Assembly: GCF_010671925.1 (NCBI RefSeq)
Contig: NZ_JAAHIH010000001.1
Location: 869,053-933,052 of the forward strand
Length of the DNA stretch: 64,000 nucleotides
Direction: 5' to 3'
Source: Moorena sp. SIOASIH
Lineage (GTDB): Bacteria; Cyanobacteriota; Cyanobacteriia; Cyanobacteriales; Coleofasciculaceae
Made by a program: the position numbers and the translations under genes. The notes beneath the pieces are model-generated. The model did no database searches. It was not told the DNA's origin and was given only the letters and a program-made list of their open reading frames with translations. Of this stretch, positions 1 through 9,292 are shown one piece after another. Each line of letters opens with the position of its first letter. Position 1 is the stretch's first letter.

Positions 1-29
1 CCTTAATAGTTTTAGTAAGAAAAATCAAC

Positions 30-1238
30 ATGTACGACTTGGCGATTATTGGAGGAGGAATCATTGGCTTATCCACAGCCATGGCATTGGGTCAACGTTA
101 TCCAGATGCCAAAATTCTGGTACTGGAAAAAGAGAGCAGTTGGGCTGATCACCAAACTGGCAATAACAGTGGTGTGATTCATTCTGGAATCTACTACAAA
201 CCAGGGAGTTTCAAGGCTAGGTTTTGTTACGAAGGAAACCGCTCGATGGTGGCATTCTGCCAAAAGCATGGCATTGATTATGAAGTCTGCGGCAAAGTGA
301 TTGTAGCAACTGAACCAGAAGAACTACCATTGCTGGATAGTCTTTACCAAAGGGGTTTGGAAAATGGTATAGAGATTGCCAAGATTACTGGTGAAGAGGT
401 TAAGGAAATTGAACCCCATGTGCGCTGTTTAGCTGGAATTCGGGTTTATTCGACTGGGATAGTAAACTACAAGCAGGTCTGTGAAAAATACGTTGAACTG
501 GTTTGTGTCCAGGGAGGGGATTTACGTCTCAATACTAAGGTTGAAAAGATCCTGGAAACTGGGGATGGTTTAGTACTGGAAACCAACAATGGTGACTATC
601 CCACTCGCTTTGTGATCAACTGTGCTGGACTACATAGCGATCGCATTGCTAAGTTGGGTGATGCTGAGCCTCCAGCTAAAATCGTTCCTTTCCGGGGTGA
701 GTACTATGAACTCAAGCCAGAGAAACGCTACCTAGTCAAGCACCTAATTTATCCAGTTCCTAATCCGAATTTTCCTTTCCTAGGGGTTCATTTCACCCGC
801 ATGATTGATGGCAGTGTCCATGCTGGACCCAATGCTGTACTCAGTTTCAAGCGGGAAGGCTATCGAAAGACTGATTTTGACTTGCGAGATTTTGTGGAAG
901 TCATGACCTATCCCGGTTTCTGGAAACTAGCTGTCAAACATGGAGACGCAGGGATTCAGGAAATCATCCGCTCCTTCAGTAAAGCTGCGTTTGTTAAGAG
1001 TTTGCAACGGCTGATTCCTGAAATCCAAGCAGATGACTTAGTTCCCACCCATGCTGGGGTCAGAGCTCAAGCCTTGAAAAATGATGGCAAGCTGGTGGAT
1101 GATTTTTTAATTGTCAATGGTCCATTAGCAATGCATGTGTGTAACGCTCCCTCTCCTGGTGCTACGGCTTCTTTGGAGATTGGTAATGCGATCGCTAGTG
1201 AAATCCCGACACTGAAAACTCTCGAAAGGGTGATCTGA
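30..1238 (+). CDS. lhgO: L-2-hydroxyglutarate oxidase (FAD-dependent oxidoreductase)
   Basis: N-terminal dinucleotide-binding motif IIGGGIIG. Near colinear with E. coli LhgO/YgaF as I recall it (MYDxxIIGGGIIGxSTAM...HQTGHNSGVIHAGVYY...NAPSPAATSA). Confidence 0.85.
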   Translation: MYDLAIIGGGIIGLSTAMALGQRYPDAKILVLEKESSWADHQTGNNSGVIHSGIYYKPGSFKARFCYEGNRSMVAFCQKHGIDYEVCGKVIVATEPEELPLLDSLYQRGLENGIEIAKITGEEVKEIEPHVRCLAGIRVYSTGIVNYKQVCEKYVELVCVQGGDLRLNTKVEKILETGDGLVLETNNGDYPTRFVINCAGLHSDRIAKLGDAEPPAKIVPFRGEYYELKPEKRYLVKHLIYPVPNPNFPFLGVHFTRMIDGSVHAGPNAVLSFKREGYRKTDFDLRDFVEVMTYPGFWKLAVKHGDAGIQEIIRSFSKAAFVKSLQRLIPEIQADDLVPTHAGVRAQALKNDGKLVDDFLIVNGPLAMHVCNAPSPGATASLEIGNAIASEIPTLKTLERVI

Positions 1239-1343
1239 CCCAAGTTTAGTTCAAAGGTATCGCCATTGGCAATTAAGAGTGGCAATTAATAGGGGCAAGA
1301 TACTCGAATCTATAGCTGGCTTTGCTTTCCCTGTACTAGTCTA

Positions 1344-2549
1344 ATGGAGTTAAAACTTGAAATGAACACGTTATCTAACCACCACTGTCCTGTATGTGCC
1401 TCTGCCGATTTAGATGTGTTTTTTGAGATGTTGGCGGTGCCAGTTTACTGTAATCTCCTGTGGCGATCGCGTCAAACTGCTCAAAACTGTCCCAAGGGAG
1501 ATATCAAACTAGGGTTCTGTCCTAGCTGTGGTTTTATTAGCAACCTAGCCTTTGACTCTACTAAATTGGGTTATTCCCAGGACTATGAAAACTCCTTACA
1601 CTACTCTGCCCGATTTCAGGACTATGCCCAATCCCTTGCCGCTGGATTGGTTAAGCGCCACAATCTCTACAATAAAAACATTATTGAAATTGGTTGTGGC
1701 AAAGGGGATTTTCTTATAAGCCTGTGTGAACTAGGTAATAACCGAGGAGTAGGTTTTGACCCCAGCTATGTTCCTAGGTCAGAGCATCAACAACTCCAGA
1801 CTCAAGTCAAGTTTGTTCAAGATTTCTATTCACAGGTCTACCAAGAGTATCAAGCGGATCTAATTTGTTGTCGGCACACCCTAGAGCACATTTCCAATCC
1901 CGCAGATTTGCTCAAGCCACTGCGACAGGCCATCGGTTCTCGCCTTAATACCGTTGTTTTCTTTGAAGTCCCCAACGCCTTAGATACCTTTCGCAATCTA
2001 GCGGTGTGGGACATTATCTATGAACACTGCTGCTATTTCGCCCCCTCTTCTCTAGGGCAAGCTTTTGCCAATGCTGGGTTTCAAGTTAGTGAAATCAAGG
2101 AGGCGTTTGGTGGTCAGTTCCTGTGCCTGGAAGCAAAGCCAGTCCATGGGGAAATCCCCAACACCTATGGAAAACCGGATGAAATCGAGGTATTGACTCA
2201 GGATATTGCCAGCTTTACCGCTAGGTTTCAGGAGAAGTTAGAAAGCTGGCAGCACAAACTGACAACCATCGCTCAAACTGGGAAAAAAGCTGTAGCATGG
2301 GGTGCTGGCTCAAAAGGGGTTACTTTTTTGAATCTGCTCAAGTGCCAAGATGTGATTGATTACATCGTAGATCTCAATCCCCGCAAACAGGGGAAGTACG
2401 TTGCTGGAACGGGACAGGAAATTGTTCCACCAGAATTTCTCCAGGATTACCAACCTGATCTGGTTATTGTGATGAACCCTATCTATGAAGAGGAGATTAG
2501 ACAGTTATGCAAAAATCTAGGTTTAACTCCTGAGTTAATATGTGTTTGA
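1344..2549 (+). CDS. SAM-dependent C-methyltransferase with N-terminal Zn-ribbon (TylCIII / NDP-hexose C-methyltransferase-like)
   Basis: CPVC...CPSCGF zinc-binding pairs at the N-terminus, a class I MTase glycine motif (IIEIGCGKGDF), and a C-terminal C-methyltransferase-like domain. Confidence 0.65.
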   Translation: MELKLEMNTLSNHHCPVCASADLDVFFEMLAVPVYCNLLWRSRQTAQNCPKGDIKLGFCPSCGFISNLAFDSTKLGYSQDYENSLHYSARFQDYAQSLAAGLVKRHNLYNKNIIEIGCGKGDFLISLCELGNNRGVGFDPSYVPRSEHQQLQTQVKFVQDFYSQVYQEYQADLICCRHTLEHISNPADLLKPLRQAIGSRLNTVVFFEVPNALDTFRNLAVWDIIYEHCCYFAPSSLGQAFANAGFQVSEIKEAFGGQFLCLEAKPVHGEIPNTYGKPDEIEVLTQDIASFTARFQEKLESWQHKLTTIAQTGKKAVAWGAGSKGVTFLNLLKCQDVIDYIVDLNPRKQGKYVAGTGQEIVPPEFLQDYQPDLVIVMNPIYEEEIRQLCKNLGLTPELICV

Positions 2550-2851
2550 CTGTTTTTGACCGTTAGCTTTGGTGATATCACGTCCGGTTAAATACCCATC
2601 ATCAAGAAGATTGATGGAAAGATTTTCAAATGTAAGCATTCAGCCGTCAGCTGTCAGCCGTGAGCTAAAAGCTCACGCTACTTGAGGTGCTTAAAATAAA
2701 CCTCGAATGGGAGAATTTAATAGTTCGAGCGGGAAAAGCCCATCAAAGCATATGCGCTATGCCCATAAGCTGATAGCTGATAGCTGATACGCGACACGCT
2801 GATAGCTGATACCATTAGGCTGAATGCTTACTGTCAAATGGCTCCGAGAAT

Positions 2852-3079
2852 TCAACCGCCGCCAACAATCGTGACAATTTCGAGCTGGTCTCCCTCCTGA
2901 ATTTGAGTCTGGTTCCAAAACTGCCGATGGAGAATTTCACCATTATATTCTACTGCCACCAGGCGCGGATTTAAGCCTAGCTGTTCTAATAGCTGGGGTA
3001 GTTTAGTGTCACAAGAGCAGGTACGGGATTCACCATTAACTTCAAGGGTAATTTGAGTTGTGTTGTTAGAAATCATCAA
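2852..3079 (-). CDS. thiS: sulfur carrier protein ThiS
   Basis: 75 aa with a ubiquitin-like fold pattern, ending ...VTIVGGG (C-terminal GG). Sits immediately downstream of thiE on the same strand. Confidence 0.7.
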   Translation of the reverse strand: MMISNNTTQITLEVNGESRTCSCDTKLPQLLEQLGLNPRLVAVEYNGEILHRQFWNQTQIQEGDQLEIVTIVGGG

Positions 3080-3162
3080 TGAATATTCACCACCAAGCTG
3101 TTAAAAATTAGTCACCATTACTAAATACCTAACACCTCTAACTATTATCAAGTTTTATGACA

Positions 3163-4245
3163 TTAGGGTTTAGGAACCCCAGCTTCAAGAGATCGAAGAG
3201 TGTGCTCTCGTTTAAGCTGGGACAGAAAATATTGAGTCACTAGAGTTGGTTGTTCCGCCTCCATGATTCCCCGGACAACCGCCACTCGTTGAGCTCCGGC
3301 ATCCAAGACATAGTTTAAATTGTTTGGATCAATTCCCCCAATTGCAAACCATGGAATTGTAGCATGCTCTTTAGCATACTTGACATAATCCAAACCAGCA
3401 GCTGGCTTACTCGGTTTAGTAGGGGTTTCATAGACCGGTCCAACACCAATATAATCTGCTCCTTCAGCAATTGCCCGGTGTAGTTCATCAGGGTTAGTAG
3501 TCGAGCAACCAATGATACGCTGGGAGCCGAGTAGCTGCCGTGCTAAGGAAATTGGTACATCTTGTTGTCCGATATGAACCCCATCAGCCTCCACTGCCAG
3601 AGCTAAATCTACCCGGTCATTCATAATAAACAAAGCACCGTAGTGATGGCACAGCTGGCACAGTTTCTGAGCATCAGCCAGTTTGTCCCCATCATCTGCT
3701 TGTTTTTCCCGGTACTGTACCAAAGTTAGTCCACCTTGGAGGGCAGCCTCTACTTTGGCAAACCACTGGTCTGACAAGGATGTAATCAAGTAGAGATGCG
3801 ATCGCTCTAGCAACTGATGACGCTGATATCCCAGTAAATTGCTTTCCAGGCTGTAAACCCGATAGCGCATCTGCTTAAAGGCGATACCCATCTGAGCATC
3901 GTATAGCTTACCATATTCTTCCAACACCCGTAGTGCTTCTTGCACCCGACACAAATTAGCCTGTAAAAGCTGCTGAATGCTCGAACGTCGTTCTTCCTGG
4001 GGATGAGTTAGTCCAGTCCCTGGATCACCTGAGGTATCTCGGAAGATCCTGATTTCTGAGCTGTGCCAACGGGCTAATTCCTGGCGCATTTCCTTGCACT
4101 CCCCAGCCATCTGGGCGCTGTTGAGACCAAAGCGGCACCACTCCTCAATAATTCGCAAGCCTTCTCTAGCTCGGTCTAAATTTGCATCCAAAATTCGGCA
4201 AATCGCCGATTTTTGACCCATAATGCCGCTGTGTTGGTCATCCAT
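3163..4245 (-). CDS. thiE: thiamine-phosphate synthase (long cyanobacterial form with N-terminal extension)
   Basis: C-terminal TMP-TENI domain motifs (HIGQQD, GADYIGVGPVYETPTK, AIGGI). The ~360 aa length is typical of cyanobacterial ThiE. Confidence 0.85.
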   Translation of the reverse strand: MDDQHSGIMGQKSAICRILDANLDRAREGLRIIEEWCRFGLNSAQMAGECKEMRQELARWHSSEIRIFRDTSGDPGTGLTHPQEERRSSIQQLLQANLCRVQEALRVLEEYGKLYDAQMGIAFKQMRYRVYSLESNLLGYQRHQLLERSHLYLITSLSDQWFAKVEAALQGGLTLVQYREKQADDGDKLADAQKLCQLCHHYGALFIMNDRVDLALAVEADGVHIGQQDVPISLARQLLGSQRIIGCSTTNPDELHRAIAEGADYIGVGPVYETPTKPSKPAAGLDYVKYAKEHATIPWFAIGGIDPNNLNYVLDAGAQRVAVVRGIMEAEQPTLVTQYFLSQLKREHTLRSLEAGVPKP

Positions 4246-4450
4246 TACTAACTACTCCATTATTATCTATCCTAACAGTGGATGGAAAGCTTGTTTCTGT
4301 GGTCAGTAACCTTTAGCAACGGACACATTTCAAGTGATAAATGATTACAAATAGATTACAAATATCCTAGTTTATGGATACGATCAAGCTTGACATTCAA
4401 CTCAACTGTTATGTCAAATTCCATGAACATTGGACTAAAGGAGAACAGCC

Positions 4451-6724
4451 ATGAGTTTGATCAGAATTAACACCATAGAATTAACTATTTCCAATCCCGT
4501 AGCGTGGCCCAAGGCCAATCCCGTAGCGTGGCAAAAGGCCAATCATTCCCACTGCCATCACCAACATCACCAACATCAGCCTAGACCCTTTGATCTTGGG
4601 TTACCAGTGACAACGATTTTGCTGGGATTGACCTTTAGCGTCTTCAGCCAAGCTATCCCTTCAAGAATGGTGCCACTAGGATTAGGAGGAACCACAGCTT
4701 TAGCCCAATCAACTCAGGATGATAGGGGAAGGAACCTGGATCGTACCATAGAAAGAAAATTTTTGTTTGTAAACCCAGTTACCGGAAACGACAGTAGTGG
4801 TAATGGCACCCAGGATTCACCGTTGAAAACTATCACTCAGGCGCTACAAGCTGCCCAGCCCAATACTGTGATTGTACTCTCTAGGGGTATCTACAGCAGT
4901 GACATGGGTGAAACCTTCCCCCTACTTCTGAAACCCGGTATCAAGCTACAGGGCAATCCCCGCACTAGAGGTCACGATGTGGTGATTCGCGGCGGTGGTA
5001 CCTTTGTTAGTGCCACGGCTGCTAGTCACGATGTCCTAATCGTAGGTGCTGACCAAACAATTATTTCTGGCGTAACCCTTAACAATACTAATCCAGAAGG
5101 TTATGGTTTGTGGCTGGAAGTCGGTTCGGTTTTAGTGGAAGACAATACCTTAACTGGGAATAGCAAAAGCGGGATTGCTGTGGAGGGAAATAGTACACCA
5201 ACAATTCGCAGTAACTACTTCTACAAAAATAAAGGCAATGGCCTCAGCATTTACGGAACCTCAAACACTCAAGTGGATGACAATGTATTTGAAAATAATG
5301 ACTTAGGAATTCTGATTGCCGAAAACGTTGCACCCCATATCGTTAATAATCGCATCACTGGCAATAGAAATGGGGTAGTGGTTGAAACCAATGCTCAACC
5401 ATTTTTCCAGAATAACCTCATTGAAAATTCCCAACTGGATGGATTAGTCCTCAAGGTGGGAGCTAATCCGGATTGGGGAAATTCACCAGAATCAACAAAC
5501 AATACATTAAACAATAAATTAAACAATATATTTCGAGGGAATGGGCGGTTTGATATTAACAATCAGGACTCTGAGCCTACTGTGATCGCTTTTGGTAATC
5601 AGCTAGAAGAGGAAACTAACAGTGAGGTTAATTCAGGGGAAACTGAAAACGATATCATTCAAGAGTCGGAGGTTGAAACACCAGCTGTTAGTAAACCAGC
5701 TGTTAGTAAACCAGCTGTTAGTAAACCAGCTAGTGCTCCTGATGCTTCTGACAACCAAGCCGTTGTCATGGCAGAAAACTCTAATCACTCACAGAAGACT
5801 AAGCCTAATTCTCAGGAGAATCCAACCACCCCCAGCCAAGTCGTTCCATCCCAACCACCTGCCGAGAAGGAACCTACAAAGGAACCTACATCTGCTCAGG
5901 TCTCAGCAGCTTCATTTCCCGTTCCATCGAGTTTGGAGTCTCAGCCATCTACCTCGACTGATAACATCGGCAAAGACGCAGCACTAAATAATTCTGCCAG
6001 TACTGAATCTTCTAGACCAGCAGCAAGATCCCAAACTCAGAGTCAGGAAACCTCTGAAACCCAACAGCCTTCTGATCCTAGGACTCAACGTTCACATTCT
6101 GAACCCCTGACACCCCTAACTCTGAAAGTTATTCAAAACCAGGAGCAGTCCTCTTTTGAGGAACCAACATCTCCACCCAAACCAGGAGAGGATTCTAGCA
6201 GTTTTGCTCCGGCTTCACCGTCACAGGAAGTGATTGATGCGTCAAGTGACAGCTCAAAACCAACACCGGAAGCACCCTCGACTGAGGACGTTGACGTTAT
6301 GGTGTCAATGTCTAGTCAGATCAGTACACCGGTTAATCAAAATACTAGTAATCAAAATACTAGTAATCAAAATACTAGTAATCAAAATACTAGTAATCAA
6401 AATACTAGTGCTAGCTCTAATTCAGGTAGCTCAATTCCAGTGTTTTCTACAACTACCCAATCAAACTGGCAACAAAGGGTACCTCCAGGGAATAATCCTA
6501 CTTCAGCTCTACCCAGTCGGGGTTACCGGATTTTGGTAAATGCTGAGAGTGAGCAGCAACAAGATTTAATGCGATCGCTAATTCCCGATTCTTTCCTGAC
6601 CTCCTTTGAAGGAAGAACTGTGATGCAAGCGGGATTGTTCACAACCCTGGAAAATATTGATCGGGTTCTGAAATTACTCAGTAGTTATGGTTTGAGCACC
6701 ACTATTGTGCCTCTGAATTACTGA
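4451..6724 (+). CDS. secreted right-handed parallel beta-helix (DUF1565-like) protein with Pro/Ser/Thr-rich linker and C-terminal SPOR-like domain
   Basis: Repeated NxxxGNxxxGI beta-helix units. Low-complexity linker with in-frame 15-nt repeats (PAVSK x3, NQNTS x5). C-terminal ~75 aa resembles a SPOR peptidoglycan-binding fold. The first ~30 codons overlap a CCCGTAGCGTGGCC repeat, so the start is uncertain. Confidence 0.55.
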   Translation: MSLIRINTIELTISNPVAWPKANPVAWQKANHSHCHHQHHQHQPRPFDLGLPVTTILLGLTFSVFSQAIPSRMVPLGLGGTTALAQSTQDDRGRNLDRTIERKFLFVNPVTGNDSSGNGTQDSPLKTITQALQAAQPNTVIVLSRGIYSSDMGETFPLLLKPGIKLQGNPRTRGHDVVIRGGGTFVSATAASHDVLIVGADQTIISGVTLNNTNPEGYGLWLEVGSVLVEDNTLTGNSKSGIAVEGNSTPTIRSNYFYKNKGNGLSIYGTSNTQVDDNVFENNDLGILIAENVAPHIVNNRITGNRNGVVVETNAQPFFQNNLIENSQLDGLVLKVGANPDWGNSPESTNNTLNNKLNNIFRGNGRFDINNQDSEPTVIAFGNQLEEETNSEVNSGETENDIIQESEVETPAVSKPAVSKPAVSKPASAPDASDNQAVVMAENSNHSQKTKPNSQENPTTPSQVVPSQPPAEKEPTKEPTSAQVSAASFPVPSSLESQPSTSTDNIGKDAALNNSASTESSRPAARSQTQSQETSETQQPSDPRTQRSHSEPLTPLTLKVIQNQEQSSFEEPTSPPKPGEDSSSFAPASPSQEVIDASSDSSKPTPEAPSTEDVDVMVSMSSQISTPVNQNTSNQNTSNQNTSNQNTSNQNTSASSNSGSSIPVFSTTTQSNWQQRVPPGNNPTSALPSRGYRILVNAESEQQQDLMRSLIPDSFLTSFEGRTVMQAGLFTTLENIDRVLKLLSSYGLSTTIVPLNY

Positions 6725-7204
6725 TCAGACCAAGGCACAGGGAATGGGGAAGCTTTAACAGCAAGGGTTTGAGCGACTACAAGGGCTGGCAACTGTTAAG
6801 GATTTTCTCCAAGAATGTTGCACTATCTCCAAAGATGTGTTAGACTTTAAACATAGATTCAGTTTCATTAGAGATACTTTGCGACTTACATTAAAGCCGA
6901 AAACCAAGGGTTTAAGGGTTGCGTTTTTTGTCAATAGTGGAATCAAATTTATGCGCTAAGCCGGGCATAGTCCGGGTAATGCCTTGGGAGATACCCCCTG
7001 GCTGGCAAAATCCAGCTTGCATTAGTGAGCCTTAATCTGATTTGTAGATTTTGGTAGCTAAAAAGTATCGGAACTTAACACAGTTCATTGAATTTATCTG
7101 CACTTACTCTTGCCAAATTTCTGCCATCGTCAGCACAAAACCAGGTAAAACCGATTCACCACTAACCCTGGTAGGATTGTCTAGCTGCTCAACTAATGCA
7201 CCAG

Positions 7205-7830
7205 GGCGTTGACACTCCCCGGTCTAAAGACACGGGGATTCTTTGTTCGCAGACTCGACTTGCTCAACCAGGCCGGAACCAGGAAAAGTAGAGGTCAAAT
7301 CTCCCAAAGCGTTTGGATTTAAGATCCAGGTTCCGACGTGCCCCGCCGTACCCAAGGCTTGTTTAAGGATGTTGTTCGCGTAGCGTCGGCTTCGCCGAAT
7401 CGCGGCGTTATGATCTCTATCCAATTGACATCCACACTTACAGGCGTGAGTTCTAGTTGATAGGGATTTTTTAACAACTTCGCCACAATTAGAGCAATTT
7501 TGGCTTGTATAGGCAGGATTAACTGCAATAGTTATCTTGCCAAACTTGGTGCCAAAGTGCTCCATCCATTTCCTAAATTGATACCAACCTGCATCGTTAA
7601 TAGACTTAGCAAGACAATGGTTCTTTGCCAGATTCTTGACTCTCAAATCTTGCCTTACGGCACGCTTCGCGAACGTAAGCGATCAAGTCGTTAGACCGAA
7701 CTACGCAACGCGCCAGTCTCTTGGCGTGTTCTATGCGCTTCGCGCAGGCTACGCCAACACGTTGCCTACTTATTTTGAGATGTTGTCTCCCTAATCTATT
7801 AACCGCTTTCTTGCGAATTGATGTTTTTTG
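7205..7830 (-). pseudogene. tnpB: 5'-truncated tnpB (IS200/IS605-family) remnant; intact ORF portion 7224..7646
   Basis: The 140-aa ORF is ~80% identical to the C-terminal RuvC-III/Zn-finger part of the full-length TnpB at 58403..59599. Nucleotide similarity continues out of frame to ~7830. A right-end-type hairpin sits at 7215-7243. Confidence 0.7.
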
Positions 7831-8089
7831 CCTTTTGCCTTGAACTCCAAAATGATCATCAGTTTCGACCTCAACTGCTCTCTATTTTATTCTACAACAC
7901 TCAAACTAAAATTCCTGATTTCCCTAAAATATTTTTCTCACGGCGGCTTTAGCCGCTGTGAGCCTTCATCCTCGGTCTAAAGACACGATGTTTTCGGCTT
8001 TTTGGATTTTTATAATGTTTTTTATAATGTTATTTCTATTTTAAAGGTATTCCAGAGAAGTTAGTATATTGACCATCTCTCTCTGTTAA

Positions 8090-8725
8090 TTATCTATTTA
8101 AGAAAATAAATTCCCGGAGCAATTCTAAAAGCTCTAATGAAATCTCATGACCCATATCTAATTCTCTGTACTGCACTGCTGCTCCCAAGTTGAGCAAATA
8201 ATCTCGTAAGCGGTGAGCAGCACTTAAAGGAACAACCGTATCTTGTCTACCATGCACAATTAAAATGGACGGCAACGATGAATCAACCTTTTGAGGGGTT
8301 CGATGCATATAGCCACTCAAGGAGGCTAAACCTGCCAGGGGTAAGGTTAACCCTACATCCAGAGCCATTGCCCCACCTTGAGAAAAGCCACACAAAATCG
8401 TCGAAGATAGGGGAATACCTGTAAAACCTTGGAGAGAATTGAGCCAGTAGGTCAAGCGCTCTTCGCTTTCTTCTAATCCCCGATAGTCGTCTCTTGCCAA
8501 GTCGTACCACATTCTGCCACCATTTACCTGAGGGTGACTAAAAGGAGCATCGGGAATCAAAAATTGGGTATTGGGCAAGTTTAACGATGGCACTAGAGAT
8601 GCCACAGCTTGAGCATTAGCACCCCAACCGTGTAACGCTACGACCAATCGTGCTGGTCGTTGACCGTTTGCTGGTGGAATTGAAATCGCTTCGAGAGACA
8701 GGCCTCTTACTCCTGAAGAACACAA
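8090..8725 (-). CDS. alpha/beta hydrolase, phospholipase/carboxylesterase family
   Basis: Nucleophile elbow GFSQGG, plus HGWG and HGxxD motifs typical of Abhydrolase_2 esterases. Confidence 0.75.
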   Translation of the reverse strand: MCSSGVRGLSLEAISIPPANGQRPARLVVALHGWGANAQAVASLVPSLNLPNTQFLIPDAPFSHPQVNGGRMWYDLARDDYRGLEESEERLTYWLNSLQGFTGIPLSSTILCGFSQGGAMALDVGLTLPLAGLASLSGYMHRTPQKVDSSLPSILIVHGRQDTVVPLSAAHRLRDYLLNLGAAVQYRELDMGHEISLELLELLREFIFLNR

Positions 8726-9039
8726 GTGATCAGCATTCCAGATAGATGGGCTGAACTAGCGCACATTGAAGCTCTCCCCTAGGGAGTAGGTTTGAGGACT
8801 TAATCGGGGCTGCAACGCCACATCAGCCGAATAGCTAACTTACTTTATGGCGCGCTTTTCTGGTTTCAGCCCAAGATATCTGTTAATTTGAGAATGCTAT
8901 CACCAATCCGCTACATTTGTAAAGCTGTCGTGCTTTAGGATAATGTGGCGATCGCTATCAATAGTAATGGCTCCCTCATTCTTGAACTTGGTGACCAATT
9001 ACTAAACCTCAGCAAACCTGATCAAATCGGGTTTTCCCT

Positions 9040-9292
9040 GAGTTTTCAGATTGGTCAAGCTCACCTCTGTTGGTGCGCTTTCACGCTTGTCGGGAAACCC
9101 GACCGGGGTCGCACCGCAAATGGTAAACGCTATCAAGGTCACGATACCCTGGGGTGCTCGCCAGCTCCAGGCTCTATCGCTTCTGATTAAACAGGTGATG
9201 AGTTAATTTAGTGAAGCCAGTGTCAGAAGCCTAACAAGCTTTGATAGCCGAGCGAGGCACACTTTACCCTCAACGGGAGTAAACACAAAACC
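9040..9292 (+). ncRNA. putative IscB omega-RNA scaffold (guide expected at the 5' side)
   Basis: In IscB elements the omega-RNA is encoded directly 5' of iscB. This region has nested stems (9072-9115 GGTGCGCTTTC...TCGGGaaaCCCGA...GGGTCGCACC). The 81-aa ORF 8945..9190 is probably non-coding. Confidence 0.4.

Noticed and set aside
4246-4450. TPP riboswitch upstream of thiE
   Set aside because: Looked for the CUGAGA / GGGG...ACCUGAUCUGGAUAAUGCCAGC core on the minus strand and did not find it.
5622-6539. Internal alternative-frame ORFs (121 aa, 101 aa) inside 4451..6724
   Set aside because: They fall in the low-complexity repeat region (LLVNQ / KILVI repeats) and are frame artefacts.
8945-9190. 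81-aa ORF upstream of iscB
   Set aside because: Poor coding character. It lies exactly where the IscB omega-RNA scaffold is expected and overlaps nested hairpins.
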